34,514 nt of DNA. It comes from Candidatus Aenigmatarchaeota archaeon. GTDB taxonomy: Archaea; Aenigmatarchaeota; Aenigmatarchaeia; GW2011-AR5; JACRAC01. The stretch is taken from contig JAWCMQ010000001.1 of the NCBI GenBank assembly GCA_039091255.1, positions 182,500 through 217,013 on the forward strand. The letters are read 5' to 3'. Both the position numbers and the translations under genes were made by a program. Below the pieces are notes generated by a model that saw nothing but the letters and a program-made list of their open reading frames with translations, had not been told where the DNA came from and did no database searches. This document shows, piece after piece, positions 26,029 through 34,514 of this stretch; position 1 is the stretch's first letter; the number at the start of each line of letters is the position of its first letter.

Positions 26029-28197
26029 ATGCCTGTCACAAAGGTCCGCAAGCGTGACGGACGGCTCGAGGATTTTAGCATAGCTAAAATCGCCACGGCA
26101 ATACACAAAGCGCTTATGGCAACAAAGACACCGGATGCGCAAAGTGCGCAAAAGCTCGCTGAAGAGGTTACTGCCATTCTTAACAAGCGCTTCGAGCGTG
26201 TCATACCATCCGTAGAAAACATCCAAGACATTGTTGAAGAAACGCTGATGCGGCACCATCTCACGAAAGCCGCAAAAGCGTACATACTCTATCGCCAACG
26301 CCGAGCAGAAGAGCGAGAAGTCAAGAGGGCAATAGGGGTGCCAGACGAGCTGAAGCTTGGCATAAATGCTATCGCCGTTCTTGAGCGGCGCTACCTGCTC
26401 AAGAACGAGGAGGGTAAGGTTATCGAAACACCTGCGCAGCTTTTCCGCCGTGTCGCCAGGGCAATCGCCCAGGTTGATAAGCATTATGGAGAAGATGCGA
26501 AAGCGTCGGAAGAAGCGTTCTACGCGATGATGGCAAGCCGCGAATTCCTTCCAAATACACCCACGCTTATGAACGCCGGTACCCCGCTGGGGCAGCTGAG
26601 CGCATGCTTCGTATTGCCTATAGAGGATTCACTGAAATCGATATTCAAGGCTGTTGCCGACATGGCCACAATACAGCAATCGGGTGGAGGGACGGGCTTC
26701 GCCTTCAGCCGATTGAGGCCTAAGGGTGACATCGTGCGCAGCACAAAAGGCGTAGCTTCAGGCCCAATATCATTTATGCGCATATTCGATGTTGCAACAG
26801 ACACCATCAAGCAGGGTGGCAAACGCCGCGGCGCAAATATGGGAATATTGCGCATTGACCATCCTGACATCGAAGAGTTCATAACAGCCAAAGCACGCGA
26901 AGGCTTTCTTGCAAACTTCAATCTTTCCGTTGCGGTCACCGACAAATTCATGCGTGCCGTGGCAAAAGACCAGGAATATGAGCTCATCAATCCGCGCACC
27001 GGCCATGCTGTCCGCAAGGTGCGCGCTCGCGACATCTGGGACCTTATCATAACATATGCCTGGCGGACAGGCGATCCCGGCATAATCTTCATCGACGAAG
27101 TTAATCGATCGAATCCAACGGCGCATATCGGGAAGATAGAGTCAACAAACCCCTGCGGCGAGCAGCCGCTTCATCCCTATGAATCGTGCAACCTTGGCTC
27201 CATAAACCTTGCCAAGATGCTGCGTAAAATAACTCCGCGTGAAGGGAGTAACAATGCGCCTGTGGGATGCGAGCAACCAGCCGAATACGAGATTTGGTGG
27301 GAGAAATTGCGCTCAACCGTGCGCAATGCGGTTCACTTTCTGGATAACGTAATAGATGCGAACAAATATCCGCTACCGGAAATCGAGCGCATTACAAAGG
27401 CGAATCGGCGGATAGGCTTGGGTGTTATGGGATTTGCGGATATGCTTCTCCTGCTCGGTGTGCCTTACGACAGCACTGCCGCGCTAAAGCTTGGCGAGAA
27501 GGTAATGAAATTCATAAACGAGGAGGCTCACAAAGCCTCGGCTACCATCGCTGAGAAGCGCGGCAGCTTTCCGAACTTCAAAGGCTCGCTGTGGGAAAAA
27601 AGAGGCTGGAAAGCGATGCGCAATGCGACATGTACGACTATAGCGCCGACAGGTACCATCAGCATCATCGCCGGCTGCTCGAGCGGAATCGAACCGCTGT
27701 TTGCTGTAGCATTTGTCCGAAACGTCCTTGAGGGTACTCGCCTTTTCGAGATCAACCCTATCTTCGAGCAGATTGCAAAAGCGCGAGGCTTCTATTCTCC
27801 TGAGCTCATGCAAGAAATTGCTCGCACCGGCAGCGTCCGAAAGGTTGCAAAAGTTCCGGAAGACCTGCGCCAGCTGTTCGTGACCGCGCTCGACATCGAA
27901 CCCGAGTGGCACGTGCGCATGCAGGCGGCGTTCCAGCGGCACACAGATAACGCGGTTTCGAAGACAATAAACTTCAGGCATGATGCGACAGCCGAAGAAG
28001 TTCGCAAGGCATATGAGCTCGCGCACAGGCTAAAATGCAAAGGCATAACCGTCTACCGCTATGGCTCCAAGCGCGAGCAGGTTCTTTACATCGGCGAGCT
28101 CGAGCGAAAAGAGCGTCCCGAAGCTCCGCCTTTCGTAACGGCAGAATCTGAGTTTGCTGGCGGATGCCCCACCCCGCTCTGTCCCGCACCGGCATAA
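26029..28197 (+). CDS. nrdJ: Adenosylcobalamin-dependent (class II) ribonucleotide reductase with ATP cone
   Basis: VRKRDG ATP cone, PNTPTLMNAG, LSACF, QGGKRRGANM, TNPCGEQPL, RRIGLGVMG, TIAPTGT, C-terminal CxxxxC; TATA at 25999. Confidence 0.95.
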   Translation: MPVTKVRKRDGRLEDFSIAKIATAIHKALMATKTPDAQSAQKLAEEVTAILNKRFERVIPSVENIQDIVEETLMRHHLTKAAKAYILYRQRRAEEREVKRAIGVPDELKLGINAIAVLERRYLLKNEEGKVIETPAQLFRRVARAIAQVDKHYGEDAKASEEAFYAMMASREFLPNTPTLMNAGTPLGQLSACFVLPIEDSLKSIFKAVADMATIQQSGGGTGFAFSRLRPKGDIVRSTKGVASGPISFMRIFDVATDTIKQGGKRRGANMGILRIDHPDIEEFITAKAREGFLANFNLSVAVTDKFMRAVAKDQEYELINPRTGHAVRKVRARDIWDLIITYAWRTGDPGIIFIDEVNRSNPTAHIGKIESTNPCGEQPLHPYESCNLGSINLAKMLRKITPREGSNNAPVGCEQPAEYEIWWEKLRSTVRNAVHFLDNVIDANKYPLPEIERITKANRRIGLGVMGFADMLLLLGVPYDSTAALKLGEKVMKFINEEAHKASATIAEKRGSFPNFKGSLWEKRGWKAMRNATCTTIAPTGTISIIAGCSSGIEPLFAVAFVRNVLEGTRLFEINPIFEQIAKARGFYSPELMQEIARTGSVRKVAKVPEDLRQLFVTALDIEPEWHVRMQAAFQRHTDNAVSKTINFRHDATAEEVRKAYELAHRLKCKGITVYRYGSKREQVLYIGELERKERPEAPPFVTAESEFAGGCPTPLCPAPA

Positions 28198-28242
28198 GCG
28201 CTGGCGCTATTCTGGCTGCGCGCGAAGAGGATTCGAACTCCT

Positions 28243-28416
28243 TCAGAACTTCCCCTCTTCCATCTTTCTGATGGATTTTGAGCCGCAATCGGGGCATGCC
28301 TGCGGCTGGGGTTCTGCTTCGCCTGCGCGGCTGGGCATGGCAGGCGACGTGAAAATGTAGCCGCACGCCTGGCAGCACCATCGCGGCTGATGGACATGGA
28401 ACTTGGCTTTGGGCAT
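28243..28416 (-). CDS. Small zinc-ribbon (CPxCG) protein
   Basis: CQACG...CPDCGSKSIRK. Confidence 0.7.
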   Translation of the reverse strand: MPKAKFHVHQPRWCCQACGYIFTSPAMPSRAGEAEPQPQACPDCGSKSIRKMEEGKF

Positions 28417-28473
28417 GGCACAACCTTCAGCATTTTCTATGCGCAAACATTATGAAAGGAGGCAATCGATTCG

Positions 28474-28983
28474 TTACCAATTTATGCCTTTTACGGCGAC
28501 CATTTTCTTGGGGTAGCGGATTTCCCTTATTTCATTTACATAATCAGCTCGCCTTAAAAGCTCCTGCGGAGCATACCGACCTGTTATTATGATGTGCGTT
28601 TTTTTAGGTGCCTCATCCAGAAGGTCAAGCACAGCCTTCGTCGAAATCAGCTTTCCCCACGCTGCCAGCGCAAGCTCATCAAGGACAAGAATATTGGGCT
28701 TTGCTTTCAGCACACGCTTCGCCAGCTCCATTCCGCGAGCGACTGCTGCGATGTCTGCAGGATCAGGATGCTTGAAGTCTATCCATCCAGGCCTTCCAAC
28801 CTGATAGATTTCGTAGCATGGCTTGAGCATGCGCGCTGCCTTGACTTCGCCTGTGCTCCGTCGGGCCTTCATGAACTGTATTATCACTGCTTTCTGGCGA
28901 TGGCCAACTGCGCGCAACGCAAGCCCGAGCGCGTTCGTAGTCTTTCCAGCTCCCGTTCCCATGTATAGGTAGATATAGCCCAT
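28474..28983 (-). CDS. Cob(I)alamin adenosyltransferase (CobA/CobO/BtuR family)
   Basis: YMGTGAGKTTNALGLALRAVG, IQFMK, LVLDEL, TGRYAP..L..ADYVNE. Start reset to 28983. Confidence 0.95.
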   Translation of the reverse strand: MGYIYLYMGTGAGKTTNALGLALRAVGHRQKAVIIQFMKARRSTGEVKAARMLKPCYEIYQVGRPGWIDFKHPDPADIAAVARGMELAKRVLKAKPNILVLDELALAAWGKLISTKAVLDLLDEAPKKTHIIITGRYAPQELLRRADYVNEIREIRYPKKMVAVKGINW

Positions 28984-29338
28984 GAGCAAAGCCTCGTGCT
29001 TGAAATCAGCAGAAGCGCGCCTCCTGCCGCATGCATCAACTCGCAGCATGCGCCACTTAAAGATTTCGTTAAGGCAGATTGCGAGCCCTCGTCAACCGAA
29101 TTGGGCCAATGCCACAAGGCATGCCACTTGCCGCCCTTTTCGTACTGCCGATTTGCGCAAGGAGCGTAAAGCAGAAACAGGAAAGAAAAGAAAATCATCG
29201 CGACTGTCACACGCTTAGCAACATGGCTTCTTCTTGTCCATTCATGCCACCTTTAGACTTTCTTCTTGGCGTCCATGTTTCCACCCCTGGGTTTGGCTGC
29301 TTCCGCGCAGCCAAAGGCAAATATGGCAAAGTCATCTG

Positions 29339-29890
29339 TCAGCAGATGTTCTCTCCGACCTCGCGAAGCAGCGTCATGTTGAGGTATATCGGCGTGTCCG
29401 TGCGCAACGCTAGCGCTATGGCATCGGAAGGCCGCATATCAAGGTCGAGCACGCTGTTGCCAGACCGAAATATTGCGCGCGAAAGGTAGGCACCCTCACT
29501 GCGGCCGTAAAGCGTCGTGGCCTCGAATGCTATGTTAAATTCTTCCAGCACCGATGCCCAGCCATCGTATGCGTTCGGCCGCTCACCGCTCTTATTGGCA
29601 AGCGCCAGCTCAATTGCCTCTGCGCGCTCTGGTGACGTTTCTGCGATGATTGCAAGGCAGCCGCGGCCGATTGTCACCTGCGTGCCGTCCACATCGAGCA
29701 CGTCCTGCTCGCGGAATTCATCGCCAGGCGCAAAATACGGAGACGTAGCCGCCTCTGTGCGCTTGGCTGCCTGCTCAACCGGAGCCGAATAGTTCACCAG
29801 CAACCACACAATGCCCAGTGCAACCAGAAAAGCAAGCCCAAAAGCGGTCCATTCTTCGCCGCCAGCCTGCTTTTTGGGTTTCCTGGGCAT
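29339..29890 (-). CDS. DUF151 / bifunctional nuclease domain protein with N-terminal TM helix
   Basis: AEAIELAL, ERPNAYD, LDMRPSDAIALALRTDTPIY; hydrophobic AFGLAFLVALGIVWLLV near the N-terminus. Confidence 0.85.
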   Translation of the reverse strand: MPRKPKKQAGGEEWTAFGLAFLVALGIVWLLVNYSAPVEQAAKRTEAATSPYFAPGDEFREQDVLDVDGTQVTIGRGCLAIIAETSPERAEAIELALANKSGERPNAYDGWASVLEEFNIAFEATTLYGRSEGAYLSRAIFRSGNSVLDLDMRPSDAIALALRTDTPIYLNMTLLREVGENIC

Positions 29891-30045
29891 CTTATCGCCA
29901 ACATCTACTGCCGAAATCAAATCTTAAAAAGCATCAAAATGCCCCAAGCACCCTTTAAAAGTGGCTAAGCCCTGCGCCACCGAAATCTTTAAATACTGCT
30001 ACATCACCTAAAAGTAGTAACAAATACGGAGATGACGGCGGTAAA

Positions 30046-30285
30046 ATGGTATCGCAAGCATATCGGAGCAAAACAGCGCCGTTTGAAGGCGGGCATGCTG
30101 GCCCTACGACTCTTGGAAAAATGCTGACATCGCCCGGCTTCGATATGGGGCTGTATGAGAAGATTGCGCAACTGCCCAAAAACGTGCAGAAGGGCGATAT
30201 AGACCAACCTATGAGGTATCGCGGGCAGCTGTTTTCTTCGTCTGCCGGTGTGAAAGCTGCAGAGCGCATGGCATACGGCGTTTAA
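30046..30285 (+). CDS. Hypothetical protein (79 aa)
   Basis: Fills an intergenic gap; TTTAAATA box at 29988; no recognisable motif. Confidence 0.5.
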   Translation: MVSQAYRSKTAPFEGGHAGPTTLGKMLTSPGFDMGLYEKIAQLPKNVQKGDIDQPMRYRGQLFSSSAGVKAAERMAYGV

Positions 30286-30359
30286 GCAGTTCGAGCACGC
30301 ATCGGCTTTTGCTGGATTCTGGCTGAAGCCATAAACATTTCTTTCGAATTCGGCGTGTC

Positions 30360-33300
30360 TTACCCGACATTCCCTACCAGGTCTATCGCGAACGACTCCA
30401 CGCTGCACATGGCCCAGCCTTCTGTCGAGCAGTTTGAGGATGGCCCAACCGTCACCGTCACGTTTGCGCTGCACGTCCGCGTGTCCCATGTGCCGGGCTT
30501 GCCCGGAACTGCTATGCCAGCCGTAGGCCAGCTTTGCGTCCCATTGTCAAGGATGCGCCAGTAGCAGGCGCTCTCGTCCAATGCAAGATTATCATAATCA
30601 GAGATGCTGACGTTGAACGCCGCTCGCTGCCAGCTCAGGTTCGCCGGGTAGAGCGTAGTCGTGTTCGGCGCCTGCTCGTCTGCCAGCGGCGCGAACGTGC
30701 TCTCAAAGTTCGTTATGTTCGCATATGCCACATTGGCAGCCTCATCGACGCCCCATTGCCCTGCCTGATAGAATCCGCTCGCCGTCCAGCCGCTTGCATT
30801 ATGCTTCGCAATGCGCAGCTTCGACTCGTTGGCGCCGCCCAGCTCGCCGTCGCTGTACGAGAAGTTCAGGAACAGCCAGCTGTCCGCTGAATTGTTCGTC
30901 GCATTCACCCATTTGCTGATGTTCGTGGCACCCGACGGATCTGCAGGCGCTTCAGTAGGCAGCATGCCTCTGAGGCAAATGTCCAGCGCGATGAACGAAA
31001 TGCGGTTCTGCCAAGTTATGAGATTTATCACCGTATTGTTCAGTGCGTTTGAGCTCGAAAAGAAATCCCACACCGCGTTATTCTGTGCGGTATTGTTAAT
31101 GACGGTGTTATGGGCGCTACCGCTGGTGAAAGAAATGCCATATCTGCTATTCGAAGCAGCTGTGTTATTAATGATGATGTTGTGATAGCTATGGTAAATT
31201 GCGATGCCGTCCTCGCCGTTTGACGTGAAAATGTTGCTGGTGATGTTGTTGTAGTTCGACTGCCAATCTATCCAGACACCAGGTCCAAGGTTACCACTGG
31301 CAGAGTTGTTGGCAATGACGTTATAGGTGCTTGTTGTTATTTGGAATGGATAGCGGCTGTTGTAAACTGTGTTGTTAACGAAAGAGTTTGCCGAACCGAA
31401 ATAGACCCTGAATGCTCTTCCCGCCGGATAGGGTGCGGTGTTGTTCGCCACGATGTTCGACTCGAACATGCCCTGTGAAACATTCCACAGCATCAGCGCA
31501 TCAGTGAAATTCGCGATGACGCATCTTTTTGCGGTGATGTGCGACCTGTTTGCGGCATATATACCGTATCCGCTCCCGTTTCCTACGATGCTATGCCCAT
31601 CACAATCCAGCGTCACATTGTCGGCTGTTATGTTCATGCAGGTGCCGTTAACGTAAATCGACTGATTCATGATGTACGTCGCGTTCGGAGTATCAAGGTC
31701 TCCACAAGCGCTGAGAAGATGGTCGCCAAAAACGCCGAACGTGCTGCCGAAGTCTGTTATGTTCGCATAGACGATGTTATCGCCAGCGCTGACATCGCTG
31801 ACGCTCCAAAATGCCTCGCTCGTCCAGCCGCTGGCGTTGTGCTTCCAAACTTTGAGCGTGCTCTCGCGCACGCCTGCTACGTCTTCATCGCTATAGCTAA
31901 GGTTAAGGAACAGCCAGCTGTCTGCCGAGTTATTGGTGGCATTGACCCACCTGCTGATATTGAGCTTTCCGATGGGATTAGCCGGCGCCTGGCTTGGGAG
32001 CAACCCCTTGAGCGCGACGTCCTTGGACTCGAACGATACGACGTTCTGCCAGCTTGTCAAATTGGCGACCAAATTGCCAAGCGAACCGGACCACGAATAG
32101 AAGTCCCACTCGGCGTTGCCATAGACTGTGTTGTTGGCAAAGCTGTTGCTCGAGCTGGCGTCGAGGTAGATGCCTATTCTCGAATCGGTGAAGCGGTTGT
32201 GCTCGATGACGTTCGAGTTGCTTGCGTTGGTCATTGACAGCGCCACGCCTGTAGCCGCGGTGACGTTGTTGCGCGCAACCGTGCTTGAGGTGGCGTTCGT
32301 CATCTGTATGGCGGCATATGACGAATTGGAGAGGTTCGCAGCGATGATGTTCCATGCTACCGTCTCGCCAGAGCTGTCGTGAATCGTCACAGCAGGCAGC
32401 GGGTCGGGGCCAAGCGTGGATATGCGGTTATGGCTGATGTTGTTGCCATTGGAAGCGAACGAGATGTGCACGCCTGCGTAGAGCGTCGAGATGTTGCTCC
32501 ACAGCATGTCGTTCGAAGAGGCCCCGAGCGCCAGCAGGACGCCGTAGCCCGCGATGGCAGGCGTAGAGATGTTGCTGTAGATGACTGTGTTTCCTGTGCC
32601 GTTCTTGATGTAAACGCCCGCCGTCGCCATGCTTTCGAGGCTCATGTTGGCGAGCGTGTTGTTCGCGTTCATGCCGTCGATTAGCATCATGCCGTACGAG
32701 ATGTTGCCAGAGGCGTTGAAGCGGACTGTGAAGCCGTCGACGACGTTCCAGGTGGAGTTCTCGAACCGCATGCCTATGCCGAATTCGCCTGCCGTGGCGT
32801 TGTAGGTCTCGTTAGAGACCGACACGCCCCTCACGCTCGTGCCGCTGACGTTGATGAAGTCTACGCCTGACGCCACTCTGTCGATTATGACGTTCGAGAT
32901 GAGGCTCAACGACACCGTGTCGAACGCCACGCCTATCGTGAAGTTGGATATGTGGCAATCCTTGACCGTGATGTTGGTGGCTTCGAACGCGATCACGCCT
33001 ACGCCGCTGCCGTTGCCGATTATGGAATAGCCGTTGCAATCGAGCGTGACGTCATCGGAATCTATTACGAAGCATGCGCCGCTCGCGATGACGTCGTTGA
33101 GCACCTCGAATTCCTGCGGCTCGTCGATGACCTGGCAGACCGTCTCCTCTTTGGCGGCGTACGTCGTGAAGCTCGAGACGTTGTAGATGTACGTGCCGTA
33201 GGTGTCGTTGACCTCCTTGCACTGCGGCTGCGGGCATGCGTCGAACGAGCCCGTGTCGTTGAAGTCGACGACAGGCGACGAGCCAAGGAAAGGCAGGTTG

Positions 33301-34514
33301 AAGAACGTGAGCTGGGCGGACTTGTTGAGCTGGCTTCCTGCGGCATGGCTCGAGTTGACACGGGTTGCGTTGCGGGCGATAGACACGACAGCCGAGAGGT
33401 TCGTCTCGGTCGCGATGCTGAGCGGCTCCGTGTACTCGATGTAGCCCTCCAGCTCATCGATGAACAGCGGGCTAGAGCCTGTCAGGCTGCTGTTCCTGAA
33501 TATGCTCGCGAGGCTGCGCACGACCCTTACGCCGGAGCGCGCATAGCTGAGCGTGTTGTTCTCGAAGACGTTGCCGCTCGCGTCGCGCACATGCACGGCA
33601 TCGGACCTGTTTCCGCCTGCGGTTATGTTGTTGGAGGCGAGTGTGTTGAGATTGCTGTTCTCCTTCAGCAGGATGCCGTGGCTGTCGTTTCCGGCTACCG
33701 CAATCGTGTTGCCCTCGATGCGGTTGCGGATGCTTTCGTTTGCGATAGGCAGGTCGTAGGAGAAGTATGAGAGCTTGAAGCCGTTTGCTTCCGTCTCTCC
33801 GCTGCCGGCGACCGAGCACGTCAGGTTGTTGAGGCCTGTCGTAAAAGCGCTCGCCGGGATGCTGGTCTGGTGCAAAGCGCCGCATTTGTTTTTCGCGTAG
33901 AAGCTGAGAATCGTGTTGCCGTTCAGCTGGCAATACACGTCCTCGCCGCCTATCACGATTATGCGGCCGCCTGTCACTGCTGTGCTGAGTGTGAAGTTGA
34001 GCAGCGTCTCTGTCTTGAAGCCCTCGCCTTTCGCGCAGGCGAAGTCCCTATGCTTGCCGCATCCGTGGGCCGGGCTGCACTCGAACTCATAATCGTTTTT
34101 CCATCCGGTGGACGCGCACGTGACGCCGCCTGTCGTGAAGCACACATTGCACGTGTCGACGTTCGGCTCGGGGTTGCAGGTCGGGTAATTGGGGCTGATT
34201 GTGTAGCTCACAAGCTCGATGGTGCCGTTGCCGGGGGAGAGCATGATGCCGTGGTTTTGGGATGCGCCGTCTGTGGATATGCTGTTGCCCTCTATCGCGT
34301 TGTCTGCAGCGCCCTCCAGAGCTATGCCATAGTTGTCGGATGTGCCGTTGGTGCGGATTGTGTTGTTGAGGAGCGTCGAGTTTGCCACGCCGCGCATGCG
34401 TATGCCATAGCCGTTGCTGCCGCTACTGCTCCCCTTTTGTATGATGCAGTTTTTGACTGTGACGTTCTGGAGCGTCATGTTTTCGGGTGCAGTGATGTTG
34501 ACACCCCAGCTGTA
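30360..34514 (-). CDS. Large surface glycoprotein with parallel beta-helix (NosD/CASH-like) repeats; 5' end outside window
   Basis: Frame open to window edge (>1380 aa); repeated TLDCxG.SI.GNGSG, GI.l...s.nn.i.nN repeats and many N-x-S/T sequons. Confidence 0.92.
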   Translation of the reverse strand, partial: YSWGVNITAPENMTLQNVTVKNCIIQKGSSSGSNGYGIRMRGVANSTLLNNTIRTNGTSDNYGIALEGAADNAIEGNSISTDGASQNHGIMLSPGNGTIELVSYTISPNYPTCNPEPNVDTCNVCFTTGGVTCASTGWKNDYEFECSPAHGCGKHRDFACAKGEGFKTETLLNFTLSTAVTGGRIIVIGGEDVYCQLNGNTILSFYAKNKCGALHQTSIPASAFTTGLNNLTCSVAGSGETEANGFKLSYFSYDLPIANESIRNRIEGNTIAVAGNDSHGILLKENSNLNTLASNNITAGGNRSDAVHVRDASGNVFENNTLSYARSGVRVVRSLASIFRNSSLTGSSPLFIDELEGYIEYTEPLSIATETNLSAVVSIARNATRVNSSHAAGSQLNKSAQLTFFNLPFLGSSPVVDFNDTGSFDACPQPQCKEVNDTYGTYIYNVSSFTTYAAKEETVCQVIDEPQEFEVLNDVIASGACFVIDSDDVTLDCNGYSIIGNGSGVGVIAFEATNITVKDCHISNFTIGVAFDTVSLSLISNVIIDRVASGVDFINVSGTSVRGVSVSNETYNATAGEFGIGMRFENSTWNVVDGFTVRFNASGNISYGMMLIDGMNANNTLANMSLESMATAGVYIKNGTGNTVIYSNISTPAIAGYGVLLALGASSNDMLWSNISTLYAGVHISFASNGNNISHNRISTLGPDPLPAVTIHDSSGETVAWNIIAANLSNSSYAAIQMTNATSSTVARNNVTAATGVALSMTNASNSNVIEHNRFTDSRIGIYLDASSSNSFANNTVYGNAEWDFYSWSGSLGNLVANLTSWQNVVSFESKDVALKGLLPSQAPANPIGKLNISRWVNATNNSADSWLFLNLSYSDEDVAGVRESTLKVWKHNASGWTSEAFWSVSDVSAGDNIVYANITDFGSTFGVFGDHLLSACGDLDTPNATYIMNQSIYVNGTCMNITADNVTLDCDGHSIVGNGSGYGIYAANRSHITAKRCVIANFTDALMLWNVSQGMFESNIVANNTAPYPAGRAFRVYFGSANSFVNNTVYNSRYPFQITTSTYNVIANNSASGNLGPGVWIDWQSNYNNITSNIFTSNGEDGIAIYHSYHNIIINNTAASNSRYGISFTSGSAHNTVINNTAQNNAVWDFFSSSNALNNTVINLITWQNRISFIALDICLRGMLPTEAPADPSGATNISKWVNATNNSADSWLFLNFSYSDGELGGANESKLRIAKHNASGWTASGFYQAGQWGVDEAANVAYANITNFESTFAPLADEQAPNTTTLYPANLSWQRAAFNVSISDYDNLALDESACYWRILDNGTQSWPTAGIAVPGKPGTWDTRTCSANVTVTVGPSSNCSTEGWAMCSVESFAIDLVGNVG

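Noticed and set aside
27220-27295. Intein or intron in nrdJ
   Set aside because: Only a short in-frame loop insertion (KITPREGSNNAPVGCEQPAE); no C...HN intein ends.
28224-28260. Minus-strand GTTCGAATCC as a tRNA fragment or att site
   Set aside because: Poor T-stem, no cloverleaf and no integrase nearby; it is a simple hairpin between convergent genes.
28984-29338. Cobalamin riboswitch upstream of the adenosyltransferase
   Set aside because: No GGGAA, GCCACUG or B12-box consensus recognisable by eye; a cmscan would be needed to exclude it formally.

Overview
Archaeal chromosomal window, probably a DPANN lineage such as Aenigmarchaeota or Micrarchaeota (inferred from gene content and intron-bearing tRNA, not from a search). 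0.9-15 kb holds the minus-strand S10/spc ribosomal-protein superoperon from rpl3 to secY, including rnp1, aIF1/SUI1 and an rps14 missed by the ORF track. Next come an MFS transporter, HIT hydrolase, HD-GYP protein, PRC-barrel protein and kae1. A PIN-hppA-rpoE1-spt4-rps24e-rps27ae cluster follows, then DJ-1/PfpI, a class II ribonucleotide reductase, cobalamin adenosyltransferase, a membrane-anchored DUF151 nuclease and the 3' part of a large beta-helix surface protein. The most unusual signals are at the RNA level. tRNA-Gly(UCC) is split by two non-canonical introns. A free-standing non-tRNA structured RNA at about 15250-15430 has its own TATA box and a strict bulge-helix-bulge splice motif around a 66-nt insert with two UUCG hairpins. 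Several other intergenic spacers are strongly base-paired. A 52-aa SWIB-like gene missed by the ORF track, a SecY with two extra hydrophobic helices and a 27-bp tandem repeat before nrdJ are also noted. All RNA structures were paired by eye and no searches were run.
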